From contig NC_057752.1 in the NCBI RefSeq assembly GCF_004010195.1, forward strand, positions 15,141,585 to 15,205,584: a stretch of 64,000 nucleotides of DNA, written 5' to 3'. Of the stretch, positions 1 through 13,915 are shown piece by piece (within the stretch, counting starts at the first letter, position 1; every line of letters starts with the position of its first letter). Made by a program: the position numbers and the translations under genes. The notes under the pieces were generated by a model. That model had not been told where the DNA came from, searched no databases, and worked only from the letters and a program-made list of their open reading frames with translations. This DNA is from Chiloscyllium plagiosum. Lineage: Eukaryota.

Positions 1-684
1 TCCATTTTTGAGCCCAACAGAGCTTCCAATCCCTCCCCATTTCCTGTGTCCAACTATGTAAGTCCCTCACAGTCCTTTTTCCTGAATTCCATACCTAGGT
101 TCTCCTAGACAGAAGAGAAGTATTCATTTAACACCCTTCCAATATCCTGCAGCGTCACACACAGATTGCCACCTTGGTTCCTAATGGGCCCTACCCATTC
201 CCTGGTTAACCTCTTTCCTTTAATCTATGTATGCAATACGAGGGATCTTACGATTCCCCTTATTCCTGTTTGCACAAGTGCTTTTTCATGCTCCCTATTT
301 GCTCTTCTTTGTTAAGGTAAACATTTTCCAAGGTAAACATTTTCTCAGTATTACAAATGTCAACAGTTGGCTCTCACCATTGTGTCACACTTGAATTTCT
401 CAATCTAACTTGGCAATCAGTGCAGCACTTCTAACTGTCCATTATCTAGTATAGTGACCAAAATATTTTAGGTAAGTTGAGCAATATTCACCACCTTCAG
501 ACTTTTTTCCTTCATACGTTCAGCTCTGCTCTGACCTGACAACATCATCAAGTTTCAGATTTTGTCCAAAAGTCCTGCTGAGATGATCTTTCCTGTTGTT
601 CCAACCTAGTTAGGGTGGGAGATGAATTCCTTTCCTTGCCCTCCCCCTCCACTGGCTACAATAAGTGTACTCACATCTATGCAA

Positions 685-822
685 CGCGCGCGCGCACACA
701 CATACATACACATTCGCTCTTACACACACGCACACTCTCTCGCTCTTACACATGCACATGTGCGCACACACATTGTCTCACATGCACGCACACACGTTCT
801 CTCTCTCTCTCTCTCTCTCTCT
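685..822. repeat. Mixed (CG)/(CA) then (CT)n microsatellite
   Basis: Visible dinucleotide tracts. Confidence 0.9.
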
Positions 823-1332
823 GCCCGCCCCACTCTCTCTGCCCGCCCCCCTCTCTACCCGCCTCTCTCTCTCCCTCTCTACCCGCCTCTCTCTCTCCCT
901 CTCTACCCGCCTCTCTCTCTCCCTCTCTACCCGCCTCTCTCTCTCCCTCTCTACCCGCCTCTCTCTCTCCCTCTCTACCCGCCTCTCTCTCTCCCTCTCT
1001 ACCCGCCTCTCTCTCTCCCTCTCTACCCGCCTCTCTCTCTCCCTCTCTACCCGCCTCTCTCTCTCCCTCTCTACCCGCCTCTCTCTCTCCCTCTCTACCC
1101 GCCTCTCTCTCTCCCTCTCTACCCGCCTCTCTCTCTCCCTCTCTACCCGCCTCTCTCTCTCCCTCTCTACCCGCCTCTCTCTCTCCCTCTCTACCCGCCT
1201 CTCTCTCTCCCTCTCTACCCGCCTCTCTCTCTCCCTCGCTACCTAACTCTCTCTCTCCCTCGCTACCTAACTCTCTCTCTCTTGCTACCTCTCTCTCGCT
1301 ACCTCTCTCTCGCTATCTCTCTCTCTATCTCT
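823..1332. repeat. 24-bp pyrimidine-rich minisatellite (ctctctacccgcctctctctctcc), about 16 perfect copies plus degenerate flanks
   Basis: Direct tandem repetition; explains the three overlapping low-complexity ORFs. Confidence 0.95.
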
Positions 1333-3825
1333 TCCAAATCTAAAAAAAAATGTAAAGAGTGTCTTCGTACATCGGCCAGATTGTCCACAGATTTGTGGAC
1401 ACAAAAAAAGAATTATTATGGATTCTTCAAATTCTGGTCTTCAGATAAAGTCAATTTTCACACAAGCTATTGGGATTTCCTCCTGGATCCGTAAAGGTTG
1501 GTTAAATCTCTTTTCCTGGAGACAGTGGTGTAGATTAAGACTTTTCCTTTAAGCTGCATTAAAGAGAGTTTCAGACGGGGCAGAAATTGTTGCCCCTGTG
1601 GCGGTTTCTCTCTGGTTGTGTTTAAGATTTTTTTTTGCACACACAAACTGTATGATGTGACCACTTTCTATCTGAAAGTGCTGGAGTGTCTGAAACTGTC
1701 TCCATCCAACCAGTCTGCTCTTTAGAAATGTAACATTGATACTGCCGTATACAATGAGATTTGCTTTGAACATTAGTATTTTCAAAGGTTCAAGATTCAT
1801 ATAAGATGTCCAGTCAATTATTATAAATTAATATTTTCGATGACACATCATCATAACACTGTTTATTTGAATAAAGTGTTTGGATGAAAAATGGAATGCA
1901 AAATTATTTGGAATGCAAAGCGAGTATCAGCAAACATTGTCAGAAAGCTGTTAGATCGGCATAAACTCACTGGTTTCCTAATGTCTTGGGGAAGGAAACA
2001 TGCTGTTCTTACCCAGATTCGGCATCAAAATGGTTGTATGTTAACCGTATTCTGAACTGACCGAATAATTGATTGCATTATTTCAAACCAGTCCCAAAAG
2101 AGGTGAAGATTAAAAAAAAAGACCACATGCCTTGAAGCATTGAATTAGAATGTGGTAAAGTCACACCCACCTGAGTTGACCCTGCAGGTCCTCTCCACTG
2201 ATATGAGGACAAATGCTAAAGTTGACTTAGTTATCCTACAGCCTAGTGGAGCAGCAGCCTGAAATGATCATACTCTTAAAAGTATACCCTGTAGCCAAAG
2301 TTCCAGACTTCTCCATCACTGTCGATTAATACGTCTTTCTCCACACAGTAGGTAGCCCAAATTTTAATCACTGCGCCACTGGCAGCTGTGCAATAAGCTG
2401 TCTAGAAATTAAGCCCTGGAAATCGTTTTCTAAACTCCTCCACCACTCTTTCTTCATTTAAGACTCCTTGCAACCATTTACTTTGACCAAACAGGGTTTT
2501 TGCAGGTGTCTATTTACCACCCTCAGTCTACTCTCAATCTTAAACAAAGTGATGGAGTCATTGACAGTGTCAACAAGTGGTACTTGCTCACTGACACTCA
2601 GTTTGGGTTCCACCAGGGTTACTCAACTCATGACTTCATTACAGCTTTGGTTCAAACGTAAACAAAAGAGCTGAGTTCCAGAGTTGAGGTGCGATTGAGT
2701 GTGGCACCAAGGAGCCTTAGCAAAGCTGGAGTCAATGGGAATCAGAGGAAACATTTTCCATTGGTTGGAGTCATACCTGACACATAGAAAGATGGCTGCA
2801 GTTGTTGGAGTCCAAACATTTCAGCTCCAAGACATCAATGCAGGAGAATCTCAGGGCAGTGTCCTCAGCAATTTTCCCACTAAGGAGTGCAACAGCCAAA
2901 GTATTCCACGCAAGCTATGTTCTGTGAGAAATTATGCATATTAGCGGCTGCGCAAAGAAATGCAAAACGGCCAAGCGCAACTACATTTTCATTGATCCTT
3001 TGCTGTTTCATCAATTAGTTTTTCTTCATTTAGGTTATAATTGTTTCTGTTACTGAGCCACTGCCTCCATCTCTCTCCATGGCAATTGTTATTCAGCCTT
3101 AGAAAATGTTAAGCATCCAAGGCTTGAGTTCTTCTCCAGTTATTGGCCTTACCTTTAATTGCCTTGGCCCTAGATATTGGAATCTCCGTTCCTTATCCCC
3201 TCCCTGCAAAGGGATTCAGAGTTAAATAGAAAGTTGAAAAGCAGAACCTCTTGGATTGCAAACTTGGGATTACTTCCTGTGCCACTTGCTAATGAGGCTG
3301 AGAACCTCAGGAGTGAAGGGCTTATGACAAAACGTTGGCCGTCCTGCTCCTCGGATGCCGCCTGACCTGCTTTGCTTTCTCAGCACCACACTTTTCGACT
3401 CTGACTCTCCAGCATCTGCAGTCCTCACTTTCTTCTGGTTGTTGTGAAGAGGCAGCAGAGGGATATACAGTGGTTGGGTGAGTGGACATAAACATGACTA
3501 ATGGAATACGATGCAACAAAGTGTGAAAGAAAAATGAAAAAGCAGAAGATTATTTTAAATGCTGAGAGTTGGGGAAATGTTTGCAATCTGAAGGAATTGA
3601 ATATCCTTATACAGGAATCATAAAGTTAATGTCCAGGTAAGGTAAGGAGATAGCAAGGCAAATGGTATATTAACTTTATTTAAAGTAGAGATTACTGTTC
3701 AGAAATCTATCATGTTATGATCATCACTTCGTGATGATCATCTGGGATGCTATTGAACTAATGGAGTTAAAGACCAATAAATCCCCTGGACCTGATGAGA
3801 TGCATCCCAGGATATTAGAGTCATA

Positions 3826-5000
3826 GATGTCAACAGCACTGAAAAAGGCCCTTCAGCCCATCCAGCCTGCACTGATCAAAAGCAAACCACCTAACTATTC
3901 CATTTTCCAGCACTTGGCCTATAGCCTTGTATGCTTTGGCAACACATGTACATCTAAACACTTCTTTAATTTTATGAGGGCTTCTACCTCTACCACCTTT
4001 ACAGGCAGCAAGTTCCAGATTCCCACACACTCCGGGTAAAAAAGGTTTTCTTCATATCTCCTCTAAACCTTCTGCCATTTACCTTAAATTTATGCCCCTG
4101 GCCATTGATCCCTCCATCAAAGGGAAAGTTCCTTCCTGTCTACCCTGCCTATGCCCCTCATAATTTTATACATCTTAATTATGTCCCCTCTCAATCTCCT
4201 CTGCTCTAAGGAAAACACCCCTAGCCTAGCCAGTCTCTCTTCATTACGAAACCTCTCAGTCCAGGCAACATCCCGGTAAGTCTCCTGCGCACCCTCTCCA
4301 GTGCAATCACATCTACTCCTACAATGGGAATTCCAGAAAAGCACATATTTCTCTAGCTGCGGCCTCACCAATGTTTTCTACAGTTCCAACATCGCCCTGA
4401 TCCTAAACTCTATGCCTCAACTAATAAAGACAAGTGTTCCATGTGCTTTCTTAACCACTTTATCTACCTTAAGGGAGTAGAGGACATGCACACCAATGTC
4501 CCTGTGATCCTTGGTGCTCTCCAAGGTTCTACCATTCGTCATGTATTCTGTTGCCTGTTTGTCCTATCCAAGTGTATCACTTCACACTTATCCAGATTGA
4601 ATTCAATTTGCTACTGTTCAGCTCATCTGACTAGCCTCCCTGTATCCTCCTTTAATCTAAGGATATCCTCCTCACTGTTTACCAGCTTACAATTTTTGCA
4701 TCATCTGTGAATTCACTGATCAATCCTCCTACATTCAAGTCTAAATTGTTTAAATGAACCACAAACAGCAATGGCCCCAGCACTGATCCCTGCAGAACCC
4801 TACTGGACAAAGGCTTCCAGTCAAAAGGAAACACCCCTCAACCATCACCCACTGCTTCCTGTCACTCAGCCAATTCCATATCCAATTTGCCACATTCCCT
4901 TGGATTACATGGCCTCTTAGCTTTGCTATCAGTCTGCCATGTGGGACCTTATCAAAAACCTGGCTGAAATCCAAGTTAACTACATCAAATGCATTGTCCT
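3826..5000 (-). mobile_element. CR1 LINE 3' fragment (RT C-terminus)
   Basis: DFSQVFDKVPHGRL and LGVFSLEQRRLRGDIIKMYKIMRG motifs on the minus strand. Confidence 0.85.
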
Positions 5001-5327
5001 TTTTTTAAAATTCATTCAAAGGATGTAGGCATCACTGGCCGGGCCAGCTTTCATTGATCATCCCTAATTGCCCAGAGGGCAGATCAGTATCAACCACTTT
5101 ACTGTGGGTCTGGAGTCACATGGAGGAAAGACAAGATAAGGATGGCAGTTTCCTTCCTGAAAGGACATTAGTGAACCAGATGGGTTTTTCCAGCAGTCAA
5201 CGATGGATTCATAGTCATCATTAGAGTCCTAATTTCAGATATTTAGCGACTTCAAACTCCACCGTCTTGCATGGCAGGATTCAAACCCAGATCCCGAGAA
5301 CATTGCCATGGTCTCTAGATTAATAGA

Positions 5328-5530
5328 TGGAAATGTGTTGCTGGAAAAGCGCAGCAGGTCAGGCAGCATCTAGGGAACAGGAGAATCGACGTTTCGGGCA
5401 TTAGCCCTTCTTCAGGAATGAGAAAAGTTGGTCCAGCAGGCTAAGATAAAAGATAGCGAGGAGGGACTTGGGGGAGGGGCGTCGGAAATGTGATAGGTGG
5501 AAAGAGGTCAAGGTGAGGGTGATAGGTCGC
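5328..5530 (-). mobile_element. Penelope-like element terminal fragment with hammerhead core (5388-5415)
   Basis: Reverse complement reads ctgaaga-a-gggc-taat-gccc-gaaacgtc; homologous to 7850-8045. Confidence 0.8.
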
Positions 5531-5639
5531 GATCAACCAAGAAATATCGTGATGCATGTAAGAATGGAAAGATAATAATTGTGGGGGACTCATTTACTCA
5601 TTTAAAAATATAGTAATAAGACATCTGGGTGTAAAGGGT

Positions 5640-6930
5640 TCCATCAGGCAGAGGCAGCATCGATTCAGAAAGGGAAAGTCACATTTAAGAAACTACTGGA
5701 GTTCTTTGAGGATGTACCAAGCGCGGTGTTTGGAGGGGAACAGGTGAATGTTGTATACTTGGATTTCCAGAAGGCAGTCCATATAGTGCCATATAAAAGA
5801 CTCCTCTAATTAGATAAGAATGCGTGGAGTTGTGGGGAATGTACTAGCATGGATAAGGGACTGGTTAACCAATCAAAAGTAGAGAGTTTGGATAAATGGG
5901 TGTTTCTCTGGTTGGAGATCAGTGGTGAGCGGAGTGCTGCAGGAATCTGCGTTGGGCTATATAAAACAAAAATTTGGAAGAGGAGACTAATTGCAACGTA
6001 TCCAAGTTTGCTGATAACACTAAATTGAGTGGAACGACAAACTGTGCAGAGGATGTGGTGGGTCTGCACAGAGGTTTAGATCAGTTAAGTGAGTTTGCAA
6101 GGGTTTGGCAGATGGGAGTAATATGTTGGTAAATGTCAGGTTATCCACTTTGGAAGTAAAAATAGTAGGTCAGAGTATTACTTAGATGATGAAAGATTGC
6201 AGCATGTTGTTGTGCACTGGGACTTAGTGATTCATATATGAACACTCCTAAAAGTAGATTTGCGTTTGCAACAGGTAATCAGGAAGGCCAACGGAATATT
6301 GGTTTTCATTGCACGAGGAATTGAATTTAAAAGCAGAGAGGTTCTATTGCAATTGGACAAGGTGTTAGCGAGGCAGCATCTGGAGTATTGGGCACAGTTC
6401 TGATCTCCTTACTTGAGGAAGGATATACTGGCTTTGGAGGCGGTGCAGAGGAGGTTCACCAGGTTGACTTCTGACATGAAGGGGTTACCCTATGAGGAGA
6501 GGTTGAGCCACTTGGGACTGTACTTGCTAGAATTTGGAAGAATGAGAGGGGATCTTAGAGAAACATTAAAATTATGAAAGGGATAGAGAAGATAGAGGCG
6601 GGCAGGTCATTTCAGCTGGTGGTTGAAACTAGGACTAGAGGACATGGCCTCAACATTAGGGGGAGTAGATTTAGGACAGGATGAGGAGGAACTGCTTTTC
6701 CCAGAGAGTACTGAATCTATGGAATTCTCTGCCCAAGGACGCAGTAACAGCAGCTTCATTAAATATATTCAAGACACAGTTGGGTGAGTTTTTGCATGGT
6801 AGGGAAATTAAGGGTTATGGGGATAATGCAGGTAGGAGGAGCTGAGACGATTGATAGATCAGCCAAGATCTTAATGAATGTCAGAGCAGGCTCAATGGGC
6901 CGAAAGGCCTACTCCTGCTTCTATTATTAT
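5640..6930 (+). mobile_element. CR1 LINE RT fragment to 3' end
   Basis: Degenerate YLDFQKA and KFADNTKL motifs; CR1-type 3' tail ggcctactcctgcttct. Confidence 0.8.
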
Positions 6931-7551
6931 GATGAGTCCAAGCGTATGTTCTTTGTTGGACTGGACGTGTATTGGTGTAGGAAATTCTTCTGCATGAAAT
7001 TAAGGAATGCTTGCCCCCCTCTGCCCTTTACAATTCAAGTATCCTGGTTTATATTTCGGTAATTAAAGTTCCCCATTGTTATTTCTCTATATTACGGACA
7101 TTCTTCTAATTTCCCTGCAGATTTGTTCTTCTGCATTCTTCCCACTTGCTGGGAGCCTATAGACTATACTGAGTGATGTAATTGCTCCTTACCTCGAGCC
7201 ACATTGATTTAGTTCTTGAATTGAGTCATACAGCATAGAAACAGACCCAATGGTCCAACCAGTCCATGTTGACCATAATCGCAAACTAAACCTGCGCTTG
7301 ACTCATATCCCTCCAAACATTTCTTATTCATGTACTTATCTAATTGTCTTTTAAACTTTGTAACAATACCCATATCCACCACTTTCTCTGGAAATTCATT
7401 CCACACACAAACCTCTTTCTTTGTTTCTAAAAAATAATCCTCATGTCTTTTTTTAAAATTCTTCCTCCTCTCACCTTTAAAAATATCCCCTGTAGTCTTG
7501 AAAACTCACCCTATATAAAAGAGAACTGCTATTCATCTTATCTGTACCACT

Positions 7552-8080
7552 CCTGTACCAACCCAACCACCCTGTGGCTCAACATTTCAATTCCCCCTCC
7601 CACTCCACCAAGGATATGCAGGTCTTTGGATTCCTCCATCGTCAGACCACAGCGAAACGATGGTTGGAGGAAGAACGCCTCATCTTCCGGTTAGGAACCC
7701 TCCAACCACAAGGGATGAACTCGGGTTTCACCAGTTTCCTCATTTCCCCTCTCCCCAGCCTGTCTCAGTCAAATCCATCAAATTCAGCACCGCCTTCCTA
7801 ACCTGCAATCTTCTTCCCGACCTCTCCGCCCCCACCCCAGTCTGACCTATCACCCTCACTTTGACCTCTTTCCACCTATCACATTTCCGACACCCATCCC
7901 CCAAGTCCCTCCTCCCTACCTTTTATCTTAGCCTGCTGGACAAACTTTCCTCATTCCTGAAGAAGGGCTTATGCCCGAAACGTCGATTCTCCTGTTCCCT
8001 GGATGCTGCCTGACCTGCTGCGCTTTTCCAGCAACACATTTCCAGCTCTGATCTCCAGGATCTGCAGTCCTCACTTTCTC
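7552..8080 (+). mobile_element. Penelope-like element 3' part (GIY-YIG endonuclease C-terminus plus terminal repeat with hammerhead core 7957-7984)
   Basis: PVAQHFNSPSHSTKDMQVFGFLHRQ...LEEERLIFRLGTLQPQGMN is typical of Penelope ORF ends. Confidence 0.85.
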
Positions 8081-9180
8081 CAATAGTTGCCCCACCACTA
8101 AGGTTAGGCTGACTGGCATGTAGATTAGTTCCTGATTTATCTCTTGCTCCCTTCTTGAATAGCGTTACCACTTGGCAATTCTCCAGTCATCTTCCACCTC
8201 TCCTTCGGCCAGAGAAGAATTACAAATTTTTGCCAATGTTATTTCTCCCTTGCCTCATTCAACAATTTGGAATACGTTTGATCTGGCCCTGGAACTTTAT
8301 GTACTTTTAAGCCTGTCGGAGTACTCAGAACCTCCTCTCTGTCTATGCTGACTCCTTAAATTATATCACAGTACTTCTCCCTCATTTCTATAACCACATT
8401 GTTCCTTTCACTCATGAACACCAACCCAAAGTATTCATTTAGAACCCAACCTACATCCTCTGGCTCCACGAACAAACTACCACTTACTGGGCCCCACTCT
8501 TTCCCTAGTTATCTTTTTGTTCTTAAGCTACTTGTAAAATGGTTTAAGATTTTATTTTGTTCTACCTGCCACTATTCTTTCATGACCCTTTTTTTGCTTT
8601 CTTGATTTCCTTTTTAAGTTCCCTCTTGTACATTGTCTACTCTATCTGGGCTTCTGCTGTTTTGAGCACTCAGTATCTGTCAAAGGCCTCTCTTTTTCTC
8701 ATTGTCCAATGCTGTGTGTCCCTTGATATTCAGGTTTTGATGGTCCCACACTTTTTCTTTATTGGATCATCCTGCCCCTGTACTCTTCATATTCCCTTCA
8801 TGAATGCATCCCACTGTTCTGACACAGATTTACCAGAAGAATATTCTCCAAGTCCACACTATCCAAGTTATATCTGGTCTTATTGAATTCAGCCTTCCCC
8901 TAGTTGAGAACTTTGATTTCAAGCCCATTCTTGTCCTTTTCCATAACAATCTTGAATCTGACTGAGTCATGGTCGCTGTCTGCAAAATGCTCTCCCTCTG
9001 ATACTTCAACCACTTTCCCAGCTTCATTCCCTCAAGTTAAATCTAGGACCACCCCTTCTCTTGTAGGGTCTTCTATATACTGGCTTAAAAAGCTGTCCTG
9101 GATGTATTTTAAGAATTCCACTCCCTCTAAACTTTCCGCAGTTAACTTTAGGGAAGTTGAAATCCCCTGCCATCACTACC
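8081..9180 (-). mobile_element. CR1 LINE fragment (AP endonuclease region)
   Basis: RVVMAGDFNFP motif and a degenerate RPVSLT motif. Confidence 0.75.
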
Positions 9181-9239
9181 CTATCGGCTTGTGTGTTTGT
9201 ATGACTGAAGACTGATGTGCACTGACGTACCACAAGCTT

Positions 9240-10130
9240 AAGTCCTGGGTCCCTTATTGTTTGTACATGAGAAGGTGGGAAGAACGATAAGCATATTTGA
9301 GGATGACAGTTAAGAAGGTGTTAGGTTACAGGAGAATAGAGACGGATTGGTCAGATGGGCAGATCAATGACAGATGGAATTTACACTTTATAAATGTGAA
9401 GCAATGCACTTTGGAAGGAGTAAGAGGACAAAGGAGTACTCAATGAATAGCTCGACACTAGGAAGCTCAGGAACATTGGGATCTTTGGAGTGCTTGTCCA
9501 CAGATCCCTGAAGATGGCAGGACAGGTTAATGGGGCGGTTAAAGCATAAAGGATGCTTGCATTTATCAGTTATGGCATAGATTATGAGCAAAAAAGTTAT
9601 TTTGAAGCTGTACAAAGTTATGGTTATGCCACAGCTGGAGTACTGTGTGCAGATTGGTCACCACACTATAAGAAGGATGTGATTGCACTGCAGGGGGTGC
9701 AGAGGATGTTACCAGAGATTGAGCATTTCAATGATGAAGAGAGACTGGATAAGTTTGGGTTGTTTTCCTTTGGAGCACAGAAAGTGGAGGGGGAAACTGA
9801 TAGAGGTGTATAAGATTATGAAGGGCATGGGCAAGGTGTCCATGTGACAGGGAAAGGGCAACTGTTCCCTTCAGTTGAAGGGGGAATAGTTTTAAAGTGG
9901 AAGGCAGGAAGAGGTTTGAGGAAAAGCCTTTTCATTTAGAGGGTATGGGGGTGTGGAATGCGCTGCCTGGAAGGATACTTGAGGCAGGAAACCTCACACC
10001 CTTTCAAAAGTATTTGGATGAACACTTGAGATATCCAAAAATTCAAGGCTATCGCCTAGAGCATGAAAGTGAGACTAGTGTAGGTAGTAGTGTATTTTTG
10101 GCAGGACAGACTTGATAAGCTGATTCTATA
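9240..10130 (+). mobile_element. CR1 LINE RT/3' fragment
   Basis: WSPHYKKDVIALQGVQR and VWNALPGRI motifs. Confidence 0.8.
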
Positions 10131-10758
10131 TCTGCTCTTCTATTTCTCTCAGACTGTTAAGGGACCTGCGGTACACCTCCAGCAATGTGATTGCTCTCCT
10201 TTGGGTTTTTAAGCTCTCCCATACGGCTTCGTTTGAGGAACCGTCTAAGATGTTATCCCTCCTTCCTGCTGTAATAGATTCCCTGATCAATATTGCGACA
10301 CCTTCTCCTCTTTTACCTCTTTCTCGGTCTCACCTGAACACCCTGTATTCTGGAATATTGGGCTACCAGTTCCTCTTCTTCCCCCCCCCCACCTCAGTCA
10401 TGTCTCTGCGACAGCAATGATATTGTACCCCCATGTTTTAATTTGCACCCTCAGCTCATCCACCTTGTTCATTAGACTCTTAGCATTAAAGTAGACATCA
10501 TTCAGCCTTGCCAAGCTTCCTTGTGCCTTACCTGGCCTATGGTGTACATGCTTTCTTGACTCACTTGCTGTCACTTCTAATTTTAGCCATTCATCTTCCC
10601 CTGCTGAAACTCAGCCCCCTGCCAAATTAATTGAAATTCTCGGCAAGCATTAGTATACCTTCCTGCGTGGATGCTAGTCTCATTCCAGTCCAAGTGCAAC
10701 CTGTCTGCCTTGTATAAGTCCCATCCTCCCAAAAATGGTCCCAATATCCCAGAAATTG

Positions 10759-11115
10759 GGGTGGCATGGTGGCTCACTGGTGAGCACTGCTGCCTCAGCG
10801 CTGGGTTCAATTTCAGCCTTGGGTGACTGTCTGTGTGGAGTTTGCACATTCTCCCCGTGTCTGTGTGGGTTTCCTCCAGGTGCTCCGGTTTCCTTCCACA
10901 ATCCAAACACGTGCAGGTCAGGGGAATTGGCCATGCTTAAATTGCCCATAGTGTTCAGGGATGAGTAGTTTAGGTGTATTAAACAGGGGCAAATATAGGG
11001 TAGGGGAATGGGTCTGGGTGGGTTACTGCTCGGAGGGTCAGTGTGAACTCATTGGGCCAAAGGACCTGTTTCCACACTAGGGATTCTAACTCTAACTCTA
11101 ATTCTAATTCTAAAT
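10759..11115 (+). mobile_element. HE1-type tRNA-derived V-SINE
   Basis: tRNA-like head with A/B boxes, central tgtgtggagtttgcacattctcccc domain, (ctaact/ctaatt)n tail. Confidence 0.85.
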
Positions 11116-11119
11116 CTAA

Positions 11120-11760
11120 AGACCTTCCTTCTGCATCATCTGTCCAGCCATGCATTCATCTGGACTAACCTCCTATTCATACACAAACTCAGACTTGACA
11201 CTGGACATAATCCAGAGATTACTGCCTTTTGGGTTCTGTCCTTTAATCTACTTTCAAGCTGTCTACATTCTGCTTCCAGGACCTCATATCTTTTCCTGTC
11301 TGGACGAGACACAATTTGACAGAGTAATAAGAAATAGTTCTCTCGCACTCTCTATTTTTGTCCCCTTTCTTACCTATGTCACTGGTGCCAATATGTACTC
11401 CACAATCCCTGTCTGTTTGTCCTCCCTCTTCAGAATGCCGTGCAGCCGAACAAGTGACATCTCTGACCATGGCAGCAGGGAGACAAAATACCATCCTGGA
11501 GTCTCTTCTGCGGTTGCTGAAACACCTGGCTGTTCCACTTACCATTAAATCCCCTACCACTGTATCCCTGCCATCTTCCTCCCATCCTGTCCTGCAGACT
11601 TATCTGTAGTTACCATGAAGTTATCTGCCACTGTTTTCCCCTGCACAGTGACTTCCCCCAACAGTGTTGAAAATGGTACATCTATTAGAAAGAGGGATGG
11701 CCACAGGGACACCTGCACTCCCTGCTAACTCTATTCTGCCTGGTGGTAATCTATGCCCTT
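11120..11760 (-). mobile_element. CR1 ORF1 SGNH-esterase fragment
   Basis: RDSRMVFCLPAAMVRDV...VHIGTSDIGKK matches CR1 ORF1 esterase blocks. Confidence 0.75.
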
Positions 11761-12389
11761 TCTGCCTGTTCAATCTGTACCTGTTGTTTGGCCACCAAAT
11801 TGAATGTATCCTAGTCTCTGTTAGCAGCAACCCATTTCATCACCTGCACACTGACAAATACAACAAGCTGACCCTCTGCTTCAGTGGCGTTAATGACCGG
11901 AACAGTATCCAAGTGCAGAGCAAGATCCATTCTGGGAGGTTGTGGATGTTTGATGGGTTTCCCATGGTTCTTTCAAATATAGAGGTCATGACCAAACCAA
12001 AGGGGCCACTTTCTCTTTCAAGCACAAGTTATGAAACAATATAGGCACATTCCTCATAGGAACTGGATCACTTTATCTATTCCAAGAAAAAGGAAATCCA
12101 ATAGGCAGTGAATGAACTACAACTTTTGAATGCAATGTTTTTGACTGAATTAATCAATGCCTAAAATTTGAAGGAAACATCTTATGAAGAACCAGGATGT
12201 ACGCATGAACTACTTCTACATCAAATTGCCTGTCATCTGTAGATTTGGTTTCATATTCCTCAGTTGTTAACTAAATTAGTTTCAGTTCGATGGAGCCCAA
12301 TTATTCCTGATTTATTGTTTCCGTTATAGTTTGCCCATATCTTTCCCTCAAAGTACGTTATCCTGACTGACATCCATTTCTTTCTACAG

Positions 12390-12529
12390 CTGACAGTGAT
12401 GACTGTGTTGATGCTGCAGAAGTGAAGCCCAAACAGAGACGTGTGAGGAACATCATGTACTTTAATGATGAGGATGAAGAGGATGAAGGCGAGGAAATGG
12501 AGCAAGAATATGATGGAAAGAAAGTAACG
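12390..12529 (+). CDS. SPRYD3: SPRY domain-containing protein 3, penultimate coding exon (140 bp; xDSDDCVDAAEVKPKQRRVRNIMYFNDEDEEDEGEEMEQEYDGKKVT)
   Basis: Acceptor catttctttctacag|, donor ACG|gtatgg. Translation resembles the vertebrate SPRYD3 acidic segment (DSDD...VRNVMYL...EEE...EHEGRKVV) and splices in frame (phase 0) to the exon at 32895. Confidence 0.9.
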
Positions 12530-13591
12530 GTATGGAAGTATTTCTCCTGTCCTACGTTTGCTGTTTCCTGCACTCTGTTCTTTCTGCTGCTTCTGTGGAA
12601 TATTGTGCCTAGCTGACTGGATAGGAATAAGTTGGAGCGCAATTGTGTTGCTGACATATTAGAGTTGCTTAGCAGTACTGGGACTTGTGAATGAAGACCC
12701 ATGACTTCAAACTTAACGCACTAGTATTTTGAGCCTTTCTATAAAGTCATCTTTATCACCTTGGCTCCTTTAATTGTACATTATTGGCTGAACAAGAGCT
12801 TGGTGAGGTTAATGTTGAGCCCTCGCACACACAGCTTTGTGTTCTGGAGTGCTAACAGGGAACAAGATGCAACAAGGGACTGGTTTGACTGTTGCCTCAG
12901 CTCCTTTGGGATTACTTCCCATGCCACCCATGATGAGCGAACCACAGTGAAGCATCACATGGGAAATGGTTCTGCTCTGATCTTCTTGATGAACGTTAAG
13001 AGAGTTTGTGTGGGCTAGGTACCTCATGTCATGTGCAGAAAGATTTTCCCCTTCTTATCCTGGGCTAGCTCTCAGATAGCAGGACCACTTGAAGGGAACA
13101 GAATGAGCTGAGTTTTTTTGGCTTTTTAATTAGGAGGGACTCTGAATGTAATGGGTCACAGTGTAGGAGGAAAAGATGTGCGGTCAAGCAGCAAGTTCTG
13201 ATTAACTGATGTCACAGGAGATGTTAAAGTATCTCCCCTCACATGAGGCATGTTTAGGTTGAACATTCCCAGTCATGTCTCTCAAGGAAAAGTAGCCCTA
13301 TGGTCTGGTAGGACGATGGTAACTTTATCTTTTCCTTTTAAAAGCCTGCAGATTGCAAGAACCCAGAGTTTGGTGGTCCAAGAGTAAGTAGGAATAGGAT
13401 GCAAATGTGGGAGATCAGCACAGCAAGATTACAATGAAATAAGAGAGAAAATTTCAGCATGGAGGTGAGGGAGTAATTGCCCAATGGTCAAACTTGCATT
13501 CTGTTCTTGCAGAAGCAAGAAAATCTTGCCTAGACTTGGAATGTTATTCAAGATGCAGAATAACTTATTCACAGAACTGAGTGAAGTGTTA

Positions 13592-13915
13592 AGTGTGGCT
13601 CAGTTGGTAGCACTCTTAGAAGAATGTAGATTCAAAGCTCACTTTAGAGTCTTGAGCAGGACAGCTAAACTGACTCTCTAGTGCAGCCTTGAGGAAGTGC
13701 CATCTTTTTGAGGAATGATAAAATTGAGGCCCTGCATGGGCCTCAGGTGGGCATGAACATTTCCATGACGTTAATTTTGTCGAAGAAGATGGTAAATCCT
13801 TCCCAGTGCCCTGGTCAATATTATCTTTCAAACAACATCACTGAAACAAGATTCATGTGGTATTTGTTCGAGTGTCAACTGTGAGATCTTGCTGTTATGT
13901 TCAAATTGAGTCTGC
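13592..13915 (+). mobile_element. Old Deu-domain SINE (SacSINE/AmnSINE-like)
   Basis: tRNA head gtggctcagttggtagcact, then degenerate Deu-domain blocks (gtgccatcttt...gaggccc...aggtgg...ccctggtcaatatt). Related copies at ~35790-36200 (+) and ~63050-63300 (-). Confidence 0.6.

Noticed and set aside
615..1494. Long ORFs (242, 290, 193 aa)
   Set aside because: Translations of a 24-bp minisatellite that is open in all three frames.
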